From contig JAWKHV010000007.1 in assembly GCA_041394645.1 (NCBI GenBank), positions 38,879 through 102,878 on the forward strand: DNA of 64,000 nt, read 5' to 3'. Of the stretch, positions 1-10,816 are shown piece by piece. Below the pieces are notes generated by a model. It did not search any database and was not told where the DNA came from. It was given only the letters and a program-made list of their open reading frames with translations. The position numbers and the translations under genes are program-made. Positions within the stretch are counted from its first letter, which is position 1. Each line of letters opens with the position of its first letter. Source of the stretch: Ilumatobacteraceae bacterium. GTDB taxonomy: Bacteria; Actinomycetota; Acidimicrobiia; Acidimicrobiales; Ilumatobacteraceae.

Positions 1-1331
1 AGAGATCGACCAGCACGCCGGGGTTCATGATCCCGGCGGGATCGAAGGCCACCTTGATCCGGCGGAACGTCTCGCGCTCGACCTCGTCGCGAGCCAGCGG
101 GAGCCAGCGCTGCTTGGCTCGGCCGATGCCGTGCTCGGCGCTGATCGACCCGTCATGGGCGGCGACGAGGCCGAGCACCCGATCGTCGATCGACTCGTCG
201 TCGTTGGCGAACCCGAGCAGGTTCACGTGCAGGTTGCCGTCGCCGAGGTGCCCGAACACGAAACGGGTCCCGCCGACCTCTTCCAGCCGAGCGGTGAACT
301 CGGCCAGGCGCCGAGCGGGCAGGGTCACGTCGAGCTTGTGCGGGACGCCCCGGCGGGCGATCGCCTCGGTCACCCGGTCCCGGTAGCCCCACAGCCGGGC
401 CATGCCCGGACCGTCCTCGGCCACGACACTCGTGCGTCGATCGACCAAGTCGTCGAGCAGTTCGTACGGCGGATCGTCGCCGGCCCAGGCCGCGAGCAGC
501 GCCACCGGTGGCAACGGGTCGAACAGCGGGGCCAGCCCGAGTTCGTCGCTCACCACACGGAGCGATTGCCGATCGACCGCCTCGAGGGCGTCGATGTTGT
601 CGACCTCGGCGGAGGGTCACCGCCAGCTCCATCGCCTCCGGCCAGCCGTCGCACGCCGCCCAGACGACGAGCCGGCGGGCCGGGGTCGGGACGAGACGGA
701 GGCGGACACGAGTCACGATCCCGAGCGTGCCCTCGCTCCCGCACATCAGGCCGGTGAGGTCGTAGCCGGTGTTGTCCTTGACGAGACCCGAGAGCCGACT
801 GATGACCGATCCGTCGCCGAGCACCGCCTCCAACCCGACCACGTTCGCCCGCATGGTCCCGTGCTTCACGACCCGGATCCCGCCGGCGTTCGTGGCGACC
901 ATGCCCCCGATCGTGGCCGAGTCACGGGCACCGAGATCGACGCCGAACTCCCACCCGGTCCCCTGGAGATGGCGAGCGACAGCAGCCGGGGTGGTGCCGG
1001 CTCCCACGGTGATCTGGCCGGCGAGCAAGTCCGGTTGGCCGAGGTCGTCGATCCGGGCCGTCGAGAGCACGATCGAACCGTGCGGGGGCACCGCTCCGGC
1101 GACGAGTCCGGTGTTGCCGCCCTGAGGCACCACGGCGATCCGGTTGGCGGCGGCCCAGCGCACGACGTCGGCCACCTGCTCGGTGGACGCCGGACGGACG
1201 ACCGCGAGGGCCTCACCACGGTGGCGACCCGTCCAATCGAGCTCGTACCCGGCTCGAAGCTCGGGATCCGTGAGCACGTGGGTCGCCCCGACGATCGTCT
1301 CCAGTTCCGACAGCGAGACCGGAGCGTTCAT
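1..1331 (-). pseudogene. FAD-linked oxidase (GlcD / D-lactate dehydrogenase family); its 3' end runs off the window and it has an apparent 1-nt frame change near 610-620
   Basis: The minus-strand ATG at 1331 gives MNAPVSLSELETIVGATHVLTD...VVRPASTEQVADVVRWAAANRIAVVPQGGNTGLVAGAVP...MVATNAGG, a PCMH-type FAD-binding domain. The remainder continues in another frame (AEVDNIDALEAV...FVFGHLGDGNLHVN...SISAEHGIGRAKQRWL...FDPAGIMNPGV) and leaves the window at base 1. Confidence 0.8.
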
Positions 1332-1771
1332 GCCCTGCTCACGACCCGTTTGGTCGCCGGCGCACGCCCAGCGTGCGGCCGCGACCAAACGTGGAACACG
1401 CTGGACGGGAGCAGGAGGGCGGCACCGAACAGGGCGAGGGGGGCGCCGGGGCGGGACGTGGTCGGCGCAAGGAGGACGGCGGTGGCCAGACCGGCCGCAT
1501 ACAGCGCCGCCAGCACCCCGAGCGAGCCGCCGACCCGACGCCAACCCGTCCATACCCCGACAACCGCCGCGACGAGGAGCAAGGGCAGCAACGGCCACAG
1601 GGTCAGGGACCAGGACGCGACGCCGTCCGGCGCGAATTCGAGGCGATCGAGCAACTCGGTCAGGGCGTAGCTGGACCGGTCTCGGGCGCCGACGCGCACC
1701 CACGGAAGGAACGACCCCACCAGCACCACCGCGGCTGCGCCACTGATCGCGAGGTGAGACGAGCGCCGCAT
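1328..1771 (-). CDS. Small polytopic membrane protein, function unknown
   Basis: This is a 147-codon ORF with several hydrophobic spans (AAAVVLVGSFLPW, LWPLLPLLLVAAVVGVW, VLAALYAAGLATAVLL, LALFGAALLLPSS). Its stop overlaps the ATG of the downstream oxidase gene by 4 nt, which suggests translational coupling. Confidence 0.55.
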   Translation of the reverse strand: MRRSSHLAISGAAAVVLVGSFLPWVRVGARDRSSYALTELLDRLEFAPDGVASWSLTLWPLLPLLLVAAVVGVWTGWRRVGGSLGVLAALYAAGLATAVLLAPTTSRPGAPLALFGAALLLPSSVFHVWSRPHAGRAPATKRVVSRA

Positions 1772-1796
1772 GGCGAGACGCTATACCCCGCTGCGA

Positions 1797-1904
1797 CCCC
1801 GACGCCTGCGTCCGCGCTGACGCCCCCGGCCCCGACCCTGGTCCGCCCGACCCCCCGACTCCGACCCTGCTCCGCCCGAACCCCGCGGCCCCGACGCCTG
1901 CGTC
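1797..1904. repeat. Nested C-rich direct repeats in a divergent intergenic region
   Basis: The 16-mer ccccgacgcctgcgtc occurs at 1797-1812 and 1889-1904. These copies bracket two near-identical units, ccgaccctgGtccgcccgacccc (1832-1854) and ccgaccctgCtccgcccgaacccc (1861-1884). Confidence 0.6.
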
Positions 1905-1952
1905 GTACGCCCGGCCAACGCGTCGAGCGGGTGCCGTCGTAGGGTCACCAGG

Positions 1953-3542
1953 GTGAGCGTCCACATCCCGTTCTCCTCCACTCGCACCACGGGCGCCATG
2001 GTGTGCGCCGCCGACCAGCTGGCCACCCAGGCCGGCGCGTCCGTCTTGGCCCGCGGGGGCAACGCGGTCGATGCCGCGATCGCGACCAACGCGATGATGG
2101 CCGTGGTGGCCCCGCACCTGTGTGGCCTCGGCGGTGACCTGTTCGCCATCGTGCACCGTGATGGCGACCCTGCCCCGACGATCGTCAACGCGTCCGGGCG
2201 GGCCGGCTCGGAGCCGATCCCGCGGCCCTCGGTCCGAAGGCCGTACCGAGATGCCCTTCCGCCACGACGCCCGAACCATCACCGTCCCGGGCTGTGTCGA
2301 CGGCTGGCTCCTCCTCCATGAACGCTGGGGCTCCCTCGCCCTCGCCGACCTGCTCGAACCGGCGGCCCTCGCCGCCGAGCGCGGGTTCCCGGCCTCCCCG
2401 CTGCTGATCGGCTCACTCGCCAACGTCGACAGCGCGGTCGCGCCGCCCTGCACGAACTCACCGACGCCGCGACGGCGCCGGGAGCCGTGGTGCGGCGGCC
2501 CGGGGTCGCCCGGTCGTTGCGCGCCGTCGCGAGCGGGGGCCGCGACGCCTGGTACGGCGGCGAGTTCGGCGAGGGGCTCGTCCGCCTTCCCGGATCCACC
2601 ATCACCGAGGCGGACCTGGCCAAGTCCCAGGCCGACCTGGTCGAACCGCTCGGGCTCGATGCGTGGGGGCACCGGATCTGGACCGTCCCACCGAACTCGC
2701 AGGGCTACCTCGCCCTCGCCGGTGCGTGGGTCGCGGCGCGCCTCGCGCTCCCCGACGATCCTGACGACCCTGCCTGGCCCCATCTCCTCGCCGAAGCGAT
2801 GGCCGAGGTCTCCCTCGACCGCTCCGCCGTCCTCCACGAAGCGGCCGACGGCACCGCACTGCTCGGGGATCAGCGGCTCGGTGACGCCTTCGCCCTGATC
2901 GACCCGACCCGCACCCGGTCCGACCGGACCGCGCCGCCCCGGGCGCCCGGTGACACCACCTACCTCTGTGTCGTCGACCGCGACCGGACGGGCGTGTCGC
3001 TCATCCAGTCCAACGCGTCCGGGTTCGGCAGCTGGATGGTCGAGCCCTCGACCGGCGTGAACCTCCACAACCGTGGCCTCGGCTTCTCGCTCGTGCCCGG
3101 GCATCCGGCCGAGTACGGCCCCGGCCGCCGCCCACCTCACACGTTGGCCCCTGCCCTCGTCACGGCGCCCGGCGGCCGGCTGCGCACCGTGCTCGGCACG
3201 ATGGGCGGCGACGCCCAGCCCCAGGTGGTGCTGCAGCTCCTCGCCCGGCTCCTGCACCACGGCCAGAGCCCGGCGACCGCCATCGCCGCCGGACGCTTCG
3301 CGTGGGCCGGCACCAGCGGCTTCGACACCTGGGCGCCCGGCGGCGCACCGGAGCTGCGCATCGAGGGCCAGTCACCCGAGCGTTGGGACGAGCTGAGCTC
3401 GTTCGGTCACCGGTCGACGCGAGTGGGCTCGTTCGACAGTGGTTTCGGCCATGCCCATCTGATCGACGTGGTGCCCAACGGATCGCTGGCGGGCGCCGCC
3501 GACCCTCGCGCCCGGGTCGGAGGAACCGCCGGGGTCTGGTGA
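1953..3542 (+). pseudogene. ggt: Gamma-glutamyltransferase family protein split over three reading frames
   Basis: The N-terminal piece is MSVHIPFSSTRTTGAMVCAADQLATQAGASVLARGGNAVDAAIATNAMMAVVAPHLCGLGGDLFAIVH (frame of 1953). The middle piece is EMPFRHDARTITVPGCVDGWLLLHERWGSLALADLLEPA (frame of 2122). The C-terminal piece is ...APGDTTYLCVVDRDRTGVSLIQSNASGFGS...LGTMGGDAQPQ (frame of 2487, with the autoprocessing Thr region). Frame changes lie near 2205-2225 and near 2430. Confidence 0.8.
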
Positions 3543-3567
3543 GGCCGTCCGCCCTAGGCTCGGCACC

Positions 3568-5562
<1,995 letters not shown>

Positions 5563-5584
5563 AGAGTGATTACCCTCGGCAACC

Positions 5585-6778
5585 ATGCGCGTGGATGCCA
5601 ACTTCTTCTGCACCGTCCCGATGCCGGATGCCGGTGACCCGAACATCGCCCCGACCGACCGGCGCTACGGCAACGACGACGTCATCGCGTGCTACCGCAA
5701 CCTGGTGCGCTGGGCCAAGAAGGGCGACGAGCTCGGCTTCGACACCATGTGGCTCACCGAGCACCATTTCCAGTACGAGGGCTACGAGGTCCTGCCGAAC
5801 CTGATCCAGTTCGGCCAGCACCTGGCGATGCAGACGAGCGAACTGCGCCTCGGCCAGATGTTCAACGTCGTGCCGCAGTGGCATCCGCTGCGCCTGGCCG
5901 AGGACTTCGCCCTCGCCGACCTGGTGACGGGCGGCCGGATGGAGTTCGGCGTCGGACGCGGCACGGTCCCTCGCGAGGCCTGGTCGCTCGGCACCGTGGT
6001 GGCCTCGGGCGACAACGCGATGTCCGCGGAGCACGACCGGTTGAACCGGCTGATCTTCGAAGAGGGCATGGAGGTGATCAAGATGGCGTGGACCAACGAT
6101 CGCTTCTCCTACCGCGGCAAGCACTTCGTCTTCCCGCCCGACGACGTCCCCGACCGCGGCAACACCGTCGGCGACCTGACCCTGGTCCCCCGACCGGCCC
6201 GGCACGTCGACATCTATCAGCCCGTCACCTCGCCCGAGACCGTCGAGTACGTGCCCAAGGCCGGGCACAAGGCCGTCTACTGGCTGCAGAACGCCGAGTC
6301 GCAGAAGCAGAAGTGGGACCGGTACGCCGAGCTACGCGACGAGGCGGGAACCCCGGTCGGTCCCGGCGAGGACCGCTGCCTGGTCATGAACCTCCATGTC
6401 GGTCGGACCCGCGAGGAGGCGATGCGCCGCGGCCGCCCGGGTCACGACGAGTTCTGCAAGTTCCTCGCGCCCTACGGTCGGTTCTCCAGCTATCGCACCG
6501 AGTCCGGCGACAAGGTGCCCTTCGACTTCTGCCCGACCGTGGAGGACTCGACGCGCACCAAGATCCAGCTGATCGGATCGATCGACGACGTCGTCGACGG
6601 GCTCGGCTTCTGGCGCGATCTGCTCGACCTCAAGCACGTCTGCTTCTTCTTCGACTTCCCCGGTGTCGGCACCGAGGAGATGGAGGAGCAGATGCACCTC
6701 GTCGTCGAAGAGGTCTTCCCTCGGCTCGGCGAGACGGTCGAGCGTCGCCCCCTCCCCGGCCTGCAGCCGCTCGTCTGA
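5585..6778 (+). CDS. LLM-class (luciferase-like) flavin-dependent oxidoreductase
   Basis: This is an intact 397-codon ORF. Family-typical segments are GFDTMWLTEHHFQYEGYEV, LGQMFNVVPQWHPLRLAEDFALADLVTGGRMEFGVGRG and the LIGSIDDVVDGL tail. Confidence 0.8.
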   Translation: MRVDANFFCTVPMPDAGDPNIAPTDRRYGNDDVIACYRNLVRWAKKGDELGFDTMWLTEHHFQYEGYEVLPNLIQFGQHLAMQTSELRLGQMFNVVPQWHPLRLAEDFALADLVTGGRMEFGVGRGTVPREAWSLGTVVASGDNAMSAEHDRLNRLIFEEGMEVIKMAWTNDRFSYRGKHFVFPPDDVPDRGNTVGDLTLVPRPARHVDIYQPVTSPETVEYVPKAGHKAVYWLQNAESQKQKWDRYAELRDEAGTPVGPGEDRCLVMNLHVGRTREEAMRRGRPGHDEFCKFLAPYGRFSSYRTESGDKVPFDFCPTVEDSTRTKIQLIGSIDDVVDGLGFWRDLLDLKHVCFFFDFPGVGTEEMEEQMHLVVEEVFPRLGETVERRPLPGLQPLV

Positions 6779-6854
6779 GCGCGTCGTCGACGCCTCCAGC
6801 ACGCCCTCCTTTTCGATTCGCGCCCAGACGACCGTCCGACGAGGCCTGACCACC

Positions 6855-8044
6855 ATGCTCCTGCGCAACGCGCTGCTCACCGACGGGACCACGAACGACG
6901 TCCGAGTCGGTCTCGACACCATCGAGTCGATCGCGCCACGGCTCGAACCGATCGACGCCGAGGAGACCGTGGACCTGAGCGGCCGTCTGCTGCTCCCGGC
7001 GCCGGCGGAGCCCCACGCCCACCTCGACAAGGCCTTCCTCGCCGAGCGGATCGAGAACCCGACCGGGGACCTGATCGGCGCGGTCGAGGCGATGGCCGCC
7101 AATCGCGACACGCTCACGGTCGCCGACATCGCCGAGCGGGCCGAGCGAGCGGTTCGGGTGCTCGTGGCCAACGGGATCACCGCCATTCGCACCCACGCCG
7201 ACACCACCTTGGACCACGGGCTCCGCTCGGTCGAGGCCCTCGTCGGGGTGCGTGACGCGCTGGCCGACCTGTGCCACATCGAGGTCGTGGCGCTCACCGG
7301 ATGGAGCATCGAACCCTCCGACGTCCCCCGGTCCCTCGCCCTCCTGCGTGACGCGATCCAGCTGGGCGTCGACGTGGTCGGTGGCTGTCCGCACCTCGAT
7401 CGCACGATCGGGATCGAAGCGTCGACCGACAACTTCCTGGAGATCGCCGGTGAGGCCGGTCTCCCGATCGACCTCCACACCGACGAGACCCTGAACCCCG
7501 AGGCCAACGGGCTCAGTACCTGGCCCGACGGATCCTCGCCACCGGCTTCGAACCTGCGGCGACGGCCAGCCATTGCGTGAGCCTCGGGATGCAGTCGGAG
7601 GACCGGCAGCGGGCGGTGTCGGAGTTGGTGGCCGAGGCGGGCGTGAGCGTGGTGGTGCCCCCCCAGACCAACCTGTATCTCCAGGCCCGCGACCGCCGCG
7701 TCGCCCCACCTCGTGGTCTGACGGCGGTCGCCGCCCTGGGCGAGGCGGGCGCCAACGTGTGTGCCGGCGCCGACAACCTGCAGGACCCGTTCAACCTGGT
7801 CGGCAAGGGTGACCCGATGGAGACCGCGGCGCTGATGGTGATGGCCGGGCACCTGCTGCCCGCCGACGCCTACGAGCTCTGCTCGTCGCGGGTCCGGCGT
7901 GCGATGCGGCTCGCTCCGGTGGTCGTCGCCCCCGGTGCTCCGGCCGAACTGATGGCGATTCCGGCCGCCTCGGTGCGCGAAGCGATCGCGTTCCAGCCCG
8001 GCGGGCGGATCACGATCCACCGGGGCCGGATCGTCAGCCGGTAG
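6855..8044 (+). pseudogene. Cytosine-deaminase-like metal-dependent amidohydrolase with one frame change near 7515
   Basis: The ATG at 6855 gives MLLRNALLTDG...LLLPAPAEPHAHLDKAF (HxH metal motif) ...IDLHTDETLNPEANGLS. The protein continues in the next frame as LARRILATGFEPAATASHCVSLGMQ...CAGADNLQDPFN...HRGRIVSR. Confidence 0.75.
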
Positions 8045-8081
8045 TCGGACCGCCGGTCCCCTGCGATCCCGTCCCCGGCGA

Positions 8082-10722
8082 TCAGGGTTCGACCGGATCA
8101 CATCGCTCATCGCCCGCCGCCGGCCAGCCCCGACCGAACACGGCGAACGACACGGCGGCGGCCACGTCGTGCGGGTCGCCCGTGTCGAGCGCCGCCCGAG
8201 CCGCCGCGGTCAACGCGTCGGCCACGCCCGAGCCGGCACGGAGGTGTTCGTGGAGCCCGATCATGAGGCGACGGGCGGCGCCGTCGGCGACCTTCGCCAG
8301 TGGCGCGACGACGCTCCGGCTCCCGAGTTCGAGCACGGCGGTCGCCGTGCCCAGCACGCCGTCGGATTCGAAGACTCGCCCCGCTGCGGCCTCGCAGGCC
8401 GCGAGGACCACCAGTTCCGGTGCCCGGGTCACCGTGCCCCAGTCGTAGAGGGTCAGCGGTCCGTCGGCCAGCCGCAGCTGGGAGAACATCGGGTTGTCGT
8501 GCCGGGTGATCCCGTGGGCCGCGATGTGGGCGATCGACACCCGTTCGAAGGTGCGCAGCACGGCCTCCACCGAGGCGTCGGACCCGGTCAGCACGGCCGC
8601 ATCGGGATGGAGAGCGGCGAGGCGGGCGACCTCTTCGTCGGCGCCGGGGAGCCCCGGCCCGGCGACGAACAGGATGGACCGGTTCGCCGGAGGCGGGTCG
8701 TCGGCGGCCGCCAGCCACCACGACAGCGCTGGAGCGACGCTGAACGCCCGGTCCTGCAGCGTCGGGAGAGCCCGCCACAGCACCCCGTGCAATGCGCCGG
8801 TGGGCACGACCACCACGGGTCCGTCGCTCAGCTCGAGGGGACCGAACAGCCGGGAGTCGAGGGCCGCCGCGTCGCGGAGCAGCGACGCCAAGGCCCGCTG
8901 CTGGATGGCCGGGTCGGCGGTGTTCAGCCGCTGGACGGAGGCGGCGATGAACTGCACGTGGTTCCGAGCCTCGGACATGGCGCCGAGGTCGACCAGCCGC
9001 ACCTCGCCGCGGTCTCGCACCACGGCGAGGGCCTGGCCCTGGTGATCGACGAACTGGACGATGGCGGAGCTCTCGACGTGTGGAGGCGTGCTCGGTGTCG
9101 GGGCGACGGCGGCGTCGGTCGGCGCTGCGGTCGTTGCAGAGGTCGTGGTGGCGGTCGCGGTCGAACGCAGGTCGAACTCCCGCATCGCCTGTTCGATCAG
9201 GGCCGCTTCGACGGCGGACGAGGCACGCAGCTGCGCCAGCGCCTCGCGCTGGTTGTCGGTCAGACGGCGGGCGTAGCCGAGGGAGCAGGTGGTGGCGCGA
9301 TGGAGTTCGGTCCAATGGCTGACGAGGTGGGCGTCGCCCGCCTCGACGCCGACCGCGACCCCGGCGTCGGCCAGCCGGCGGGCGTAGCGCAGCGCTTCGA
9401 GCCAGGCCTCGAGCGACCCGGTCGTCTCGATCATGGCGAGCACCGCGGCCGGCCGGCGTCCAATGCGACGAGCGCATCGTCGCGCCGACCTCCGGCCAGC
9501 GCGGCGAGGGCCTGGGCGTGGCTCCGCCGCACGATGTGTTCGGGCGCCCGCCGTCGCTCACCGTCGCCGCTCGGGCCAATGCGGCATCGGCGCCGGCGAG
9601 GTCGCCGGTGGCGAAGCGCGCCGCGCCGCATGGACCAGCGCATCGGCGGCGTCGACCGGCCAGCCGTTGCTCGCGAACACCGCGCCGCGGTGGAACCGTG
9701 CCGCCAGCTTCGGAGCGACCGCGACCGTTGCCGGCGGCGAAGTCGGCCTGGGCTGCGACGGACACCGCCAATGCGGCCCAGACCGGACCGCTGGACACCG
9801 GAACCCTTCGACCGCCCCGGTGGCATGACGTCGGGCCTCGGTGAATGCGCCGTCCGCGAGACAACTTCGTGCGAGCAGGAGCCGGGCCTCGGTGAGATCC
9901 ACGGCGTTCCCCTGCTTCTCGAGGGCGGCGATCCCGGCTGCGGCCGCGACCCGAGCATCCGCGGCGAGCCCGGCAAGGGCAGGATCTCAGCGATCGATGT
10001 GCACGAGGGCCAACTGCCGCGCCCGGTCGCCGATGCGCCGGTAGGCGGCCTCAGCGCGATCCGACGCAGCCCGTCCGCCAACCGGCCGCGTCGACCTTGG
10101 CGAACCCGAGGTTGTGGGCGGCCATGGCGGCGAGCATCGTGAGCCCGTGTTCGGTGGCGAGCCGCTCGGCGGCGTCGGCCTCGTCGCGAGCCCGGTCCAG
10201 GTCGTCGGCGTAGGCGTACGAGACGGATCGGTTCAGGTGGACCAGCCCGATCGTGGCGTGATCGTCGCGCTCGATCAGCTCGCGATGAGCGGTCGAGGAG
10301 CAGGAGGGCGTCGTCGCGACGCCCCGGCGCTGGGCGAAGAGGGCGGCGACGAAGTCCACGAGCCCGGCCGCCTCCGAGGACCCCGCCGCGCCGGCCTCGT
10401 CGAGCGCCCGATGGGCTGCCTCGCTGTGGCCGAGCTGGAGGAGCGAGACGGCGAGATGGGCGCGGGCGCGGGCGCCGACGTCGGTCAGTCCGTGGCTGTC
10501 GGAAATGGAGATCGCCGAGCGGAACGAGTCGACGGCAGCATCGTGCTCGCTGAGCTCGTGCAGTGCCAGGCCTCGAACCCACAGCGCGAGGGCGCGAAGA
10601 TCCGGCGCCGCCCCGTGCGCCAGCACGACCTCGGTACGGTCCAACACCGCCGCCGGGTCTCGATGTCGATCCGCACCGAGGCGGACGAGCTCACTGCGTT
10701 GCGTGGTTTCAAGCTCGGCCAC
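8082..10722 (-). pseudogene. TPR-repeat plus CHAT (caspase-fold) protease. The N-terminal TPR half is broken by several frame changes and an in-frame TGA, while the C-terminal CHAT half is an intact 453-codon ORF (8082-9443).
   Basis: The CHAT dyad motifs are VSIAHIAAHGITRHDNP (His) and ELVVLAACEAAAG (Cys). TPR-like helices lie upstream (ALALWVRGLALHELSEHDAAVDSFRSAISI, AHLAVSLLQLGHSEAAHRALDEA, DRAEAAYRRIGDRARQLALVHIDR, DLTEARLLLARSCLADGAFTEA) and are spread over all three minus frames. The TGA at 9987-9989 is in frame between ...LVHIDR and DPALAGLAADARV. Confidence 0.8.
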
Positions 10723-10750
10723 CGAGCGCCAACCTAACCAGACGCGACGG

Positions 10751-10800
10751 GTCGAACCTGAGGAAAACTTTCCGAACCACTTGTATTCACCGGCCCGGTC
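10751..10800 (+). promoter_or_regulatory. Candidate shared control region between the CHAT gene and the S8-sigma operon (inverted repeat plus ECF-like -35/-10)
   Basis: This is a locally AT-richer stretch inside the 94-bp divergent intergenic gap. It has the inverted repeat GGAAA-ac-TTTCC at 10762-10773. The motif CGAACC occurs twice (10753-10758, 10773-10778). GAAC (10774-10777) is followed 18 nt later by CGGTC (10796-10800), which loosely resembles the ECF consensus GGAAC-N16/17-CGTC. The ATG lies 17 nt further on. Confidence 0.25.
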
Positions 10801-10816
10801 GGCCTTCTGTAGAGGG

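Noticed and set aside
9987-9989. The in-frame TGA in the TPR-CHAT gene considered as selenocysteine or programmed read-through
   Set aside because: The same gene carries about six frame changes, there is no obvious stem-loop directly downstream, and nothing suggests a redox-active site in a TPR helix. A nonsense mutation is the simpler reading.
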